Source: Camelus dromedarius (lineage: Eukaryota). Taken from it: a stretch of 64,000 nt of DNA. Where the stretch lies: positions 28,150,001 through 28,214,000 of the forward strand of contig NC_087437.1 of the NCBI RefSeq assembly GCF_036321535.1. The letters run 5' to 3'. Made by a program: the position numbers and the translations under genes. Every line of letters starts with the position of its first letter. The stretch's first letter is position 1. Under the pieces are notes generated by a model, which searched no databases, had not been told where the DNA came from, and saw only the letters and a program-made list of their open reading frames with translations. Positions 1 through 13,334 of this stretch are shown here, piece by piece.

Positions 1-617
1 GCTGCAGAAAGCTAGCAAGGGAGAGAGAAAGGGATGTTTGCTGCAAATAATAATAAATAGGTGCAAATAAAGGAGTAATCAGTTTTCAACAGGAGGAGCG
101 AAGGACTTTTAAATGCTCTTGCCCTAACCTCAAAACCAGAGACCAAAATTCTGTGGGAAACTATTAATCTAATGAGACAATGAACCATTTCAGAACTATA
201 ACTATAGTAGTCTACCTGTTTACAGGAAGATGTAAAAAGATATTTTCTGTTACTGATGGGATGATAATCATGTTTGAAGTCCATTGACCTCTGAGGATTT
301 CAGATAGGTTCTCAGTTAGCAGTCTAATACCAGAATCCCCCAGTGGACCAGAAAGAATCGAGATAGTCAGATATTTGAATGTTTACTCAAGTTCTGCTAC
401 AATAACAAGAAATTCACAATACTATCTTCAAGAAATAAGACATTTGAAAGCATTTCAGGTGCTTGATAATCGAGCATGATTCGTCCTTCAGATGAACATC
501 CAGTTTTATGCTTTTAATCAGGATGTTGTTTTTTGAGAAATCAATGTAAAATACACTGTAATCTCAAGGAACATTCTTCAATGCATGTTTCTACTTTGAT
601 TATCAGTATAAATGGTC

Positions 618-900
618 TATCAGATAGACTTTTAACTGCACCAGTGGAAACCTCAAATAACACGGGGTTAAATCATAAAGAAATTATTCATTTTACTGAA
701 CAGTGAGTCTAAGATTCAGGTCAGCACCACAATGATATAATCAAAGTTTCTGATTTTCATATTTTGACTTGACCACTTTAGTGTGCTACCTTTTCATTTC
801 CATGTTCATTATTTCATGGTCTCAAAAGGACTTCTGAATCTCCAGGAATCGTGTTCATAATCAAGACAGGAAGATGAGATGAGAATAACATCAGTTCTCT
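618..900 (-). mobile_element. MLT1 (MLT1K/L-like) MaLR LTR, left part; continues at 4040-4256
   Basis: Begins tatcagatagacttttaactgca, like the reverse complement of an old MLT1 3' end; internal caaaaggacttctgaatctccaggaatc motif. Confidence 0.55.
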
Positions 901-1470
901 CTCCTCTTATGCTTATCTCTGTTTTGTTCTGTTTTGTTTTGTTATATTTATTTTTTAAAGACCTTATATTTTAGAGCAGTTTTAGATTCACAACAAAATT
1001 GAGCAGATGGTACAGAGATTTCCCATATACCCCTGCTCCCACACATGCACAGCCTCCCCCATTATCAACATCACTCAGCAGAGTGGTACATTTGTTACAA
1101 TTGATAAACCACATTGACATACAATAATTGTCTAAAGTCTGTAGTTTATCTTAGGGTTCACTCCTGCTGTTGTACATTCTATGAGTTAGAACAAATATGT
1201 AATGATATGTACTCATCATTATGGCATCATACAAAGTAATTCCACTGCTCTAAAAACCCTCTCTGCTCTACCCATTCATTGCTTCCCCCCAGTCCACCTC
1301 TGGTACACTGAGCTTTAATGTCTCCATAGTTTTGCCTTTTCCCGAATAGTTGGAATCACATAGTATGTAGCCTTTTCAGTTTGGCTTGTTCACTTAGTAA
1401 AATTCATTTAGAGTTCGTCCATGTCTTTTTGTGGCTTCATAATTTATTTCTTCTTAGTGCTAAATAATAT

Positions 1471-2073
1471 AGGCATACCTCAATTTATTTTGCTTTGCTT
1501 TATTGTGATTCCCAGATACTACATTTTTTTTTAAATTGAAGGTTTGTGGCAACCCTGCATCCAGCAATTCAACAGCATTAATTAAATTTTTTTCTTTTTT
1601 TTATTTCTTTCTCTTTTTTTGCAAGTTTTAAAAGTTACACTCCATTTAGAGTTATCACAAAACATTGGCTCTATTCCCTGTGTTGTACAATGCATCCTTG
1701 TGCCTATCTTATACACACTAGCTTGAACTTCCCACTCCCTAACCCCTACATTGCCCCTCCCCTCCCTCTCCCCACTGGTAACCACTAGTTTGTTCTATCT
1801 GTGAGTCTGCCTCTTTTATGTTATTTTCACTAGTTTGTTGTACTTTCTAGATTCTACATATAAGTGATATCGTACAGTATTATTGGAGGGCATCAGTGGC
1901 ATTAATTTTAAATTATGTACATTTTTAGGCATAATGCTTTTGCACACTTAATAGACTACAATATAATGTAAACATAATTTTTATATGTTATAATTTGTGT
2001 GGCTCACTTTATTGCAATTCTTGCCTTATTGTGATGGTCTGGAATCAAACCCCCAGTATCTCCAAGGTATGTC
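1471..2073 (-). mobile_element. Tigger1-derived non-autonomous DNA transposon (TcMar), split by an L1 3' fragment
   Basis: Termini aggcatacctc... and ...ccaaggtatgtct; Tigger1 subterminal sequences (aaattgaaggtttgtggcaaccctgc; tgcacacttaatagactaca). Confidence 0.8.
1583..1882 (-). mobile_element. Younger L1 3' UTR fragment with poly(A) tail
   Basis: T-rich tail at 1587-1620 followed by L1MA/cetartiodactyl-type 3' UTR (ccctgtgttgtaca...ggtaaccactagtttgttct...tagattctacatataagtgatatc). Confidence 0.8.
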
Positions 2074-2297
2074 TTTATTCCATTGTCTGACCACAGTCTA
2101 TTTAGCCATTCACCCTCTGAAGGACATTTTGGTTGCTTCTAAGTTTTAGCAACTATGAATAAACCTGAATAGACATCTGTGTGCAGGTTTTGGTATGGAC
2201 ATAAATTTTCAGCTCCTTTGGGTAAATACCAAGGGGCAAGTTTGTTGCACCATATGGTAACATGATCTGTGATACACAGGTAAAACTTAATGAATAT

Positions 2298-2660
2298 TGT
2301 CAGTCCTCCATTTTCACAGGTTCCACATCAGTGGATTCAACCAACTGTGGATCAAAATTATTAAAAAAAAAAAAAAGAAATTCCACAAAGTTTCCAAAAA
2401 GCAAAACTTAAATTTGCCACAAGCTAGCAACTATTTGTATAGCATGTACATTATATTTACAATTATTTACATAGTATTTACATTTTATTAAGGTGTTATA
2501 AATAATCTAGAGATGATTTAAAGTATACAGGAAGATGCCAACAGGTTATATGTAAATATTATGCTATTTTATATAAGGGACTTGAGCATCCATGGATTTT
2601 GGTATCCTTTCAGACGGTGTTCTGGAACCAGTCCCCCATCAGATAGTGACGGGCAGCTGT
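2298..2660 (-). mobile_element. MER2B (Tigger-family MITE)
   Basis: ggattcaaccaactgtggatc...tccaaaaagcaaaacttaaatttgcc...ttatataagggacttgagcatccatggattttggtatc...cagctg/ta match the MER2B reverse complement. Confidence 0.85.
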
Positions 2661-2886
2661 ATGTTTAGTTTTATAAGAAACTGCCAAACTGTCTTCTGAA
2701 GTGGCTGTACCATTTTGCAATCCCACCAGCAATGTATGAGAGTTCCTGTTGCTTCACATCCTTGTCAGCATTTGTGCTGTCAGTGTTACAGATTCTAATA
2801 GGTGTGTGGTGATATCTCATTGTTTTAACTTCAATTTTTCTAATGACGTATGATATGGAGCAGCTTTTCGTCTGCCATCTTTATAC

Positions 2887-3352
2887 AGGCATGCCTCAGA
2901 GATACTGCAAGTTCTGTTGAAAACTACCACAAAGTGAATATGGTAATACAGTAAGTCATATGAATTTCTGGTTTCCCAGTGTCTATAGAAGTTTTACACT
3001 ATAATGTAATAGCATTATGTCTGAAAAAACAATGTGCGTACTTTAATTAAAAAAATACTTTACTGATTAAAAAGTGCTAACCATTATCTAAGGCTTCAGC
3101 AAGCCATAGTTAGTAAAACCAAAGATACTGATCACAGATCACCATAACAAATATAATAATAATAATAATAAAATTCAAAATATTGCAAGAATTACCAAAA
3201 TGGGACATGGAGACATGAAGTGAGCAAATGCTACTTGAAAAATGGCATCAGCAGACTTGCTTGACACAGGTTTGCCACAACCCTTCAGTTTGTAAAAAAC
3301 ACCACATCTGCAAACTGTGTAAAGTGGAGCACAATAAAATGAGATAGGCCTG
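2887..3352 (+). mobile_element. Tigger1 internal-deletion derivative with both TIRs and TA target duplication
   Basis: ta|caggcatgcctcagagata ... aaaatgagataggcctg|ta; both Tigger1 ends present. Confidence 0.85.
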
Positions 3353-4039
3353 TATCTTCTTTGATCAAGTGTCTGTTCAGGTCTTTGTCCTACTTTTTAA
3401 TCGAGTTATTTGTTTTCTTATTGTTGAGTTATATGAGCTTTGATTAAATTCCGTTCTTTATTAGAAGTGTCTTTTGAAAATATTTTCTCCCAGTCTATGG
3501 CCTGTCTTCTCAGAGCAGAAGTTTTTAATTTTATCAAGGCCAGACTGACAGTTCTTTCCGTGGATTGTGACTGTGCTGTTGTATCTAAAAAGGCATCACC
3601 ACACCCCAGGTCATCTAGGTTTTCTCCTATGTTATCTTCTAAGATTTTTACAGTTTTGTCTCTTACATTTAGATATGTGATCTATTTTGAGTTGATTTTT
3701 GTGACAGATGTAAGGTCTGTGTCTGGATTTATTTATTTGTTTTATTTTTTGCATGTGGCTGTCTAGTTGTTCCAGCACCATTTGTTGAAGAGACTATTTT
3801 GCCCCATTGTATTGTCCTTGCTCCTTTTGTCAAAGATCAGTTGATTTATGGGCATCCATTTCTGAGTTCTCTATTTTGTTCCATCAATCTGTCTGTTCTT
3901 TTGCTAATACCACACTGTCTTGATTACTGTAGCTTTTTAGTAAATCTTAAAGTTAAATACTGTCAGTCCTCCAACTTTGTTCTTCTCCTTTAATCTTGGC
4001 TTCAATATTGTCTATTCTGGGTTGTATGTGTCTTCACAT

Positions 4040-4256
4040 TTAGCTCTTTAACAAAAAAAATCAGTTTTCCCAGAAATCCTCAAAAACTCCTGTTTAAATT
4101 TCAGTGGCAGGACTGTATCACATGGTCATTCCTTAATAGTAAGTAAGGGTTGGGAAGATATATATATCAGGTTCTTTCAGCGTCCACAGAGGAAAGAATG
4201 GAAAAGGCAATAGTTTTAATGGCCCTTGGATGAGCCAACCGTGAGGGCCTGCTAAA
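4040..4256 (-). mobile_element. MLT1 (MLT1K/L-like) LTR, right part
   Basis: ttcccagaaatcc...cagtggcaggactgtatcacatggtcattcctta...ggatgagccaacc is typical antisense old MLT1 5' half. Confidence 0.55.
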
Positions 4257-4544
4257 CTAGGAATAAGGTAAATTACTATAACCTGGTAATAGGAGTCTGC
4301 TATGTGAACTGAGGTGTTAGATCAGCCTTTCCTGTATTGATAAGGACTTCTGCTACTAACTTTCCTCCAGTTCTTTGGATCCTAAATTTTATGCTCTGTT
4401 ATACAGCTAGGTTTAAGCCACTGACCCTCAAAGTAGTATTTTACAAAATACAGTACCTTTAACACAGTGTATATTGTCATGATAGACGATGCCTTAAAGT
4501 CATTATTTTATATTGGATAGCAATGTTGATGAGTAAAATGTAAA

Positions 4545-4890
4545 TACATAAAACAACATGGATAAAATTTTATATGTGATTTTATAATCACAATGTTTAC
4601 TGGGAAAGAAGTCACAAATGAGTACATACCATATGAGTCCACTTACATAAAGTTCAAAGATGGGCAAATTTAATCAATGGTACTAAAAGTCAGATATTGA
4701 CTTCATTTGGGGACAGGGTAGTGACTGGAAGGGGTATAGGGGGAAATTCTGGGATATGGTAATATTCTATCTCTGCATATAAGTCCTAATTGCACAGGTG
4801 TGTTTATTTTGTGAAAATTTATTAAGCTATACACCAGTGATCTGTGTGTGTAGATACATATATATATATGTACCTTCAATTACTTCAATA
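4545..4890 (+). mobile_element. L1ME-type 3' UTR fragment
   Basis: acataaagttcaaagatgggcaaatttaatcaatggtactaaaagtcagat...gtgactggaagggg...ggtaatattctatctc. Confidence 0.7.
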
Positions 4891-6459
4891 CAATTTGCTC
4901 AAAACAAACAAAACTATAATAATAAAGTTATTTAATTTGTAATATCATGGCTTAGAATTTGCCAGTAAGTTTTGGAGATTTTAATATTCAGGTTTTTCAC
5001 GGACCTGACTTTATTACCTGTGTCTAATGAAAGCTTCATTTCTCTCAGTATCAGCTGATTTCACCTCAACTGATTATTCAGGGTGAATGATTTGGAATAA
5101 ACAAACAAACAGACACACACACTCACGTACTCATATATGTGTGGGTGACTGTGTAAGAATTGTTAAAGCTCTGTTCTAAATATTTTTAATTCTCATAGAA
5201 TATTTACATAAAGCTTGATCTAATTTAGGTTGCACACTTTAAACTCCAGCTTCAAGAAGTCTGCAGGCTTATTTTCTATGTAAATTTCTACACATGGTAT
5301 TAGTATCACCCATAGAGGGAATGGCGGTTTCTGCCAAGCTGAACTAAACGCCCAGAGCATGACTTTTCAGGGAACACTGTATCTATTGTATTACTTGGTG
5401 CAAACACTGCTACTTATATTCTCACTGCAAAATAGTCTCACTGCAAAATATATTCATGACTTGCACAGAAAGGGGCTAGAGCTCACTAGCCCTTGCCAGT
5501 GTCAAAATAAATGTCCATTTTCTACCATGTTATGCAAAATAGTGATTACTTTAAATCTTAACATAAACTGTGTCTATTTATAAGTAGATGTAAATGAGCA
5601 AAGAAAAATATTTTACAGAATGTAGCAAGAGAAATCTTCTAAAGACTGTATTTGATCTATAATCTGCACAGTAACTTGCATGAATTTTATCTATTTATCA
5701 AGGAAGGAAAACTTAGCCCTACATTTCCATATTTTAAGGACAGAACAATGAGAAAGAAGGAAATGCTGAAACCTGAAAAGAGTGGGTTAAAGAACCTTCT
5801 ACAAAAGACAATGTAGTAGAAAATAAGTAAGTGGGATTATAATTGGTTCCTATGACCTTTCTCCACTTGCCCACTTAAGCTCATACTCTAGTCAACTGGA
5901 CAGGGATTCCTTTCATCTCAGCATAGCCCCAGATATGTCCTTGACTTATGCCAAACTGCACAAAAAGAGCGACAATGCACTGGCAATTCTGGCTTCAAAA
6001 ACTGGCCATGTTATGCCTGGATAGTATTTCCTAAAATGAATTACCAGTACTCTAAAAGCAGTCTCATGACTCCTGTACCAAACATTAACTCACTTCTAAT
6101 CTATAAACTCAGATAGAAAGTTTGGTGGCATGAAGGAGATCTTTCTAATATTACATAAATCTATTAAATAGTCCTCAGTAGGAACATATACACAACATAA
6201 AATTATGTTCTCCACCTCTAGCAGTTGGAAAACATTACACACTACCACAGTTCAATGGTGTCCTTTTAATTGCACATGCTTAGACAAAATACCATATTAT
6301 AATTGTATTTGGCATTTAGGGAAGTCAAAAACTCAAAACTGGAATATGTTAGGCTGAGAAAATTATAACTAAATATTCGATATCAGGTTGCAACTTTTGG
6401 AACAAGCACAGTAATTCAGTTTTGGAATCTCATAAAAAATTATTTACTGTGCTATTTTT

Positions 6460-8175
6460 CACTTTTTTTTATTAAAAGCATATCATATGGAAGAGTGTGT
6501 AGATGTATATTTTGGCTTAAAGAATTTTAATAAATCATGCACCTATGTGTCTGCTGTCAGTTCTTTCCAAGTCCCCTGTGTGCCCCTCCCCAGTTGCATC
6601 ACCTTCTCACCCTCTACCCAGGGGTTTTCGTCATTCTGTTTTATAATAATTATCCAATTTTATTTGAATTTTAAATAATTTTACTACTTATGAATATCTC
6701 TCTCCTATCTTTGCACTTAATGAATGTAAACTCCTACTCTGCATCTCTTGTGTCAAGCTTATTTTATTCAATTAATAAGAGGTTTGGGGGAGATCCATTG
6801 GTGTGAGTAGCTGTCCTTCATTCAGTTTCCCGCTCTACAGTGTTCCATTTTTAAGGCCATTTTCCAGTCCACTATTGATGGACATTTTGGTTTTCCTGTA
6901 ATTTGTCATTAATATGCTTATACACTTAGTGCAGGAATGAAATCCCGGGGCATTACATTATGTGTACGTTCACCTTACTATGGAATGCCTGTCTGCTTCT
7001 GAAAGTGTTTGGGTCAGTTTGTACATCACAGTACCAATGTAGTTCCTGTTGTTCCACATAACATGCCAACATACGATAGTGTCAGATTTTAACTTTTTGT
7101 CCCCAAGTTTGGGTGAGACATGGTAAATCTTGTGGTTTTTAACTTGCTTTACTTTTTATTGATAATGAAGTTGAGCATCTTTTCATGTTTATTGGCTAAT
7201 TTGCATTTTCTTTTTGGTATATGTTGTTTAAGGCTTTTGTCTGATTTTCTGTTGGTTGTCATTATCTTAGTGGTTCATGTAAAAAATTTATGTAATTTGG
7301 ATACTAGGTTTTTGGTTGTTATAGAGAGTAAAAACTATTTTCTCTAGATTTTTGTTTGTTTTTTACTCCATGGTATCTCGATGAAGATAAGTTTTAAACT
7401 TTAATGTGGATGAATATATCACTTTTCCCTGCGAGACTTGTACATTTTATTTTGTGTTGTGTTTTAAAAAATCTTTCAAATCTTATTTAAAATACCTTTA
7501 ACTCAAAATCTTTAAGATATATCCAAGAATTTTCTTCCAAAAGAATATATAGTTCAGCCTTTCATATTTAGTTCTTTAGTGCATTTGAAAATGATTTTTA
7601 ATATATACAGTGAGCTAGAAATTTGATTTTCTTTTTTCTGATAGTCATCATAGCACCATTTATTGGAATATCTATTCCTTCTGCACAGAATTATGTGCTA
7701 TCCTTGTAATATATCAAAAGTACTTATATGCCAGGGTCTTCTTCTGGACTTTTTATTTGGTTGTGTTGGTCTGTTGGTTTATCCCATGCACATACGATGT
7801 ACATCCTGTCAGAATACAGTTCACATTAATATCTGCTAGTGAAATTTCAGTTTTGTCTTTTTCTTCAAGATTTTCTTGGTTAGTCTTGGCTTTTAGACTA
7901 CCAAATAAAATTTTCTAAATTGCATGTCAAAAATAAAGAAACATTTAACAATACTATTGGAATTGTTTGAATTATTGATTAATTTGAGGGGCGTTAGCAT
8001 TTTTTTGCTACATGTTATCTTGTAATCCTTGAACATGGTATATATCTATATTTATTAACATCTCCTTTAAGTTGTTTCACTGAGGGTTAATAATATTGCA
8101 CACAAAGATCTGGCACATATTTTCTTAGACTCATTCCTGGGTACTTCCTGTTTTCATGTCATTGTAAATGTTTTC
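6460..8175 (-). mobile_element. Old, diverged L1 (L1ME/L1MC-type), 3' UTR and ORF2 C-terminal part
   Basis: Antisense L1 hallmarks (ctattgatggacattttgg; aagttgagcatcttttcatgtttattggc; tagcaccatttattg). Confidence 0.7.
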
Positions 8176-8179
8176 TTTT

Positions 8180-9325
8180 TTTATTAAGAATTTTAGAGCA
8201 GTTTTAACTTCACAACAAAACTGAGTGGAAGATACAAGATTTTCTATATGCCCCCTGCCCCTACACAATTATACCTCCCCGATTATCAACAGTACTCACC
8301 AGAATGGTATATTTGTTAAAATTGGTGAATCTACACCGACATACCATAATTACCCAAAGTCCAGAGTTTACATTATGGTTCATTCTTTGTGCTGTACATT
8401 CTAAGAATTTGAACAAATGTATAGTGACATGTATCCATCATTATGGTATCATACAGAGTAGTTTCACTACCCTAAAAATCCTCTGTTCTCTATTCATATC
8501 TCCCCCAACCCAAACCCATGTAATCACTGATCTTTTAATTGTCTCTGTAGTTTTACCTTTTACAGAATGTCGTGTAGTTGGAATTACACAGAATATAATT
8601 TTTTCAAATTGACTCATTTCACTTAGTAATATGCACTTAAAGTTCCTCTGTACTTTTTCATGTCTTGATAGTGCATGTCTGTTTGACATTGAATAATATT
8701 CTATTGATTGGATGTATCTCAGTTTACTTAGCCATTCATCTATGGAAGGACATCTTGGTTGTTTCCAGGTTTTAGCAATTATGAATAAAGCTGCTATAAA
8801 CATCTGTGTGCAGGACATAAGATTTCAACACCTTTGGGTAAATGCCAAAGAATACATTTGCTGGATCATATGATAAGAGTATGTTTAGTTTTCTAAGAAA
8901 CTGCCTAACTGCATTCCAAAGTGGCTGTACCATTTTGCATTCCCACCAGCAATGGATGAGAGTTCCTATTGTTCTACCTTCTTGCCAGCATTTGTTGTTG
9001 TCAGTGTTTCAGGTAATGGCCGTTCTAACAGGTGTGTAGTGGTACCTTGTTTTAATTTTGCACTTTCCTGATGTCTTACAACGTGGAACATCTTTTCATA
9101 TGCTTATTTGAATCTGTATATATTTTTTTGGCAAGGTGTCTGTTAAGATCTTTGGCTTATTTTTTAATCAGGTTACTTTCTTATTGTTTAGTTTTAAGAG
9201 TTCTTTGAATTTTTTTTACTATAATCCTTTATCAAATGCATCTTCAGATATTTTCTCTCAGTCTGTGGTTTTATCTTCTCATTCTCTTGCCATTACATTT
9301 TGCAAAGCAGAAGTTTTTAATTTTG
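8180..9325 (-). mobile_element. L1MC1-like 3' end
   Basis: Same diagnostic 3' UTR as 950; ORF 8441-8818 translates to the L1 ORF2 C-terminus (MFIAALFIIAKTWKQPRCPSIDEW). Confidence 0.85.
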
Positions 9326-12300
9326 TCTTTTTTACGTTATTAATATTTACTGTTATAAATTCCCCTTTGGCACTGCTTTAACTGAATTCCATACAGTTTA
9401 TTATGTTGTGTTTTCATTTTCATTCAGTTAAAATATTTTCTAATTTCTCTTGAGACAGTCTGAAGCATAGATTATTTTGAATCCTGAATTTTAATTTTCA
9501 AGTTATCTTTTTGTTATTTATTTGTAGTATAATTTCATTATGATCAGAGAATGTACTTTGTGTGATTTCCATTATTACATATTGATAAATGTGTGTATTA
9601 TAATCCAGAATATCATCCATTTTTGGTGAATATTCCCTGTGCTCCTGGAAAGAATGTGTATTTTACTGTTCTTGAGTGGATTTCTATAAATATCATGTAT
9701 ATCAAGTTAGTTGATGGTGTTACTTTGTTCAATATCCTTGCTAACTTTCTTTCAACTACTTTTAGTACTGAGAAATGACTGTTCAAGTTTCCAACTATAA
9801 TTTTTAATGTGCCTGTCTTTCCTTTTAGTGATGTAGGCTCTTGTTTTGTGAATTTTGAATATACTTTGTTCATATACGTTGAGAATTATTATGGCTTCTT
9901 GGTAAATTAAAAGTTTTTTCATTATGTAATGTCCATCTTTATTCCTGGCAATGTTTTTGCTCTGAAGTCTGCTTTGTGATATTATCATAGTCAGTTCAGC
10001 TTTCTTTTGATTAGTTTTTGCATAGGATATCATTTTGCAACTTACCTATAACATTATATTTTAAATGACTATTTTTAGACAGTATATACTTCATTTTTAA
10101 AGTCTATTCTGACCATCTTTGCCTTTTAATTGGTATCTTCAGATCATTTACATTTAATGTAACTATTGATATGTTTAGATTTAAAACTATCATTTTATTT
10201 TTTGTTTTCTGTTTGTTCCCCCTTGTTTTACATTATTCTGATTCCCATTTCCAGTCTCCACTGGGTTAAAGAACACGAGACAGCAAGACCAATCTATCAC
10301 ATTTCCCCAGATAATTACTCTTTCTGTTGCTCTTCCTTCATTCCTGAAGTCCCAACTTTTTTCCTGGAGTCAATTCCCTTCTGCCTGAAAAGCTTCCATT
10401 AGAGATTCTTTCACAGCAGATAGGTACAAATTCTCTTAGTCTTCCTTCATCTGAGATTATCTCTAACTTACCTACACTACTTAAGGATATTTTATTTAGA
10501 TATAAAATTATGGGTTGACAGTTTTTTCTTTCAACATTTAAAAAATTTCATGCCATTCCTTCTTGCTTTCGATGTTTCTGATAAGAAATCCTCAATTATA
10601 TAAATCATTGTTCCCCCTATAGTTGACAGGTCATTTTTCTTTGACTGCTTTCAATATTTTTCATTTATTTTGGTTTTTTAGCAGTTTGATTATGATGTAT
10701 CTGGGCATGGATTTCTTTGAGTTCACCCTGTTTAAGATTTGCTTAGCTTCTTGAACCTCCAGGTTTATAGAACTTTCCCCCCCAAACTTGGAGAGTTTTC
10801 AGCCATTATTTAACTTTTTCTCAACACTACTCTATGTCTCCTATCTTTCTGGGATGCTGTTGGCATATTGCTGGGCCTTCTTATATTTTCCCACCAGTCC
10901 CTGTGATTCCATTTATCTTTCCCGATGTTATTCTCTCCATTGTTCAAATTGGATTAAACATATTGTTCAGTCTTCAAGTTCACTGACTCTTTTTTCTGTC
11001 ATGTTCATTGAGCTACTGAGCTTATTTAATGAGATTGTGGTGGGGTGGGAGGGGGCGATTGTATTTTCCCATGCTAAAACTTCAGTTTGATTCTTCTTAT
11101 ACATCTTCTATTTCTGTACTGAAACTTTTTAACATTTATTACAAGAGTGTTCATGATTGCTTCTTGGAGCATTTGTATAATAGCTACTTTAAAATCTTTG
11201 TCAGATAATTCCAACATTTGTGTCATAATAGCATCTGTGTCTGCTGATTTTTTTTCCCATGTGAATTGAAATATTTGTGGTTCTTTTTATGCCAAGTCAT
11301 TTTAGACATATTGTGAATTACTTTCAGAGACTTTAAGTCTTGTTTAAATTCTATGCAGAATGTTGGTATTTTTGTTGTGCTAGTTTCAGGCCACGTATTC
11401 TAACCTACCCACTGTGAGCTATGGTTTTGGTGTTAATTCAGGTTTTAAAACCTTTTCTATGCTCCAGGAGAGAAAAAAGACCCCCAGTGGTCAGTCTCAG
11501 ACCTACTATGTTTTGTTAGTTTAGTTCTCAAAATCTTTGGGATGATAATTAGGATCAGATCTATGCACATACAGATTAAGGGTAAGCCCTGAGTTCCTAA
11601 ATGACTTAATTGGATCACTTCTTTGACCTCGTTCCTCTCCATGATCTCCCCAGTACTTTGATCTCCAGGAGCTCCATTTTTTGGCTGGGGTCTCTAGTGA
11701 AACTACTTACCCAATGTGATGTACTTCCATGATGAGCCTCATGTTCTGGCCCTACTGGAATGAAGACAGAGACATAAAAAGCAATGAGGCTTCTCCCATT
11801 CTTCTGAAGTTATAACTACAACCAAAGGAGAGGAAGTTGCCCTTCCCTCAGAGTTTTGGTTTTTGCAGTTTTCCATAGCTCTCTTTCTTTCCCTGCAAAA
11901 GAATTCCCTGGGGACTGGGGCAAGAAAATAGAACCCATGAAAGAGGGAAAAAATGAGGAATTTCTGTACTCCCTCTCAGTATGTGGAATTCCTGTTTCTG
12001 GTCTTTAAGACAGAACAGGATAGCTTATCCAAAAGCTCTCTCTTGCTCTGTGCCACAGGACCCACTTGTGAGTTTATAGCTGCAGTGCATTCAGGCAAGA
12101 GTAGTGGAGGAAAAGAAATGGTAACTGCCTATTCAGTGTTATTTTGAAGTTCTAGCATTCTCCTTCAACCTGCCTATTGTGGACAAATTTCAGAGACTTG
12201 ACATAGTTGATCCATGTGTTCTGTCCTGGTTTCATAGTTTCATTCGGTGGGAAGGGGCGAGATGTGCTTCTTCCATCTGATCCAGGACCAGAACCCCATT
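9326..12300 (-). mobile_element. Old L1 5' half (ORF2 endonuclease, ORF1, 5' UTR)
   Basis: Minus ORFs 9752-10033 and 9613-9873 resemble L1 endonuclease (NQKKA...RNKDGHYIM...IIILNVY; IIVGNLNS; YTFF). Confidence 0.75.
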
Positions 12301-13334
12301 GTGCTCTTTATAATTTCATATTCCTTGAAAAAATTTTTTCACAATTGTATTTGTTTTATACTTATCACAAACATTTTTATTTCATATCTATGCCTGGTAA
12401 TTCCAATACATAAAGTCTTTTCATGTTTATTGTTTGTTGTTGCTACTACTTCTCTATTTTGACTTGTCAAGTGTTTCAATTCTCTGGAATTCTACTTGTT
12501 AGAAATTCTTTGAGAACTGGGTTAAAATAGACTCTGAGAGGACTTCTGTTAGTTTCTAGAAGTTGTCTGAGTGCATTACTAATTTGAGGTTATATGAAGT
12601 CAAATTTTTGACTTGAATTTGTTCAAATCATTTGAGTAGTATGAATTCTAACTCCAAATTGATATAAGGTTAGGCTTGTGGTTGTAATACTTTAGAGAAA
12701 GACTTTTTTTTTTCTTTTTTCAGTGCCAAGATTCAAGATAATTCATTTGTCTTGGAACTGAGGGAAATGTCTCCTTTTAGGTGCCTCAACTTGATGAAGA
12801 TGCCCAGAGATTTGTTTCCAATCCCTGATGCCCTAGAGGCTATGGAAAGGAAAGTTCAGTTTCTCCAGTTCTTCAAAAGTTACCTGTGGTGATTACTCTC
12901 AAGATTCCTGCCTTCAAGTGGATTTTGGCTTGAGTATTTCTTACTTTTCTGTAAGTACATCTCCATATTTAAAATTTTAAATTTTAATTTGGTGTTCTAG
13001 TTGTTTTCATTGAAAGAGTCTATCTGAGAAACTAGGTCACCATAAAATTGTAAATGGAACTTTCTATGTATTGGTTTTGATGGTGATTTTTTTTCATATT
13101 TCCAGAATAATCAGTTGGTTATATTTGTGCATCTAATTTTTTTAAGTGGTAAAAAACTTTTTTACTTTTTAAAATTTTGTTTTCTTGCCTAGTTACACTC
13201 AAGGAAAACAATTTTGACAGTATTTCTTTATTTTCACTGTTAAAAATCCTAATATACAGATGTTGTCCTAGCATCTAACTTAGAATTCTACTATATTTTA
13301 AAACTACTACAACTTATAAAACTAAGTGTAGTCT

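Larger units (their letters stand above)
950..4020 (-). mobile_element. L1MC1-like LINE-1 3' portion, interrupted by Tigger1 derivatives and MER2B
   Basis: Diagnostic 3' end ttttagagcagttttagattcacaacaaaattgagcagatggtacagagatttcccatatacc; antisense L1 ORF2 sequence resumes at 2075, 2662 and 3355. Confidence 0.85.

Noticed and set aside
8304..10033. Several 60-125 aa ORFs
   Set aside because: Sense or antisense fragments of decayed L1 ORF2, not host genes
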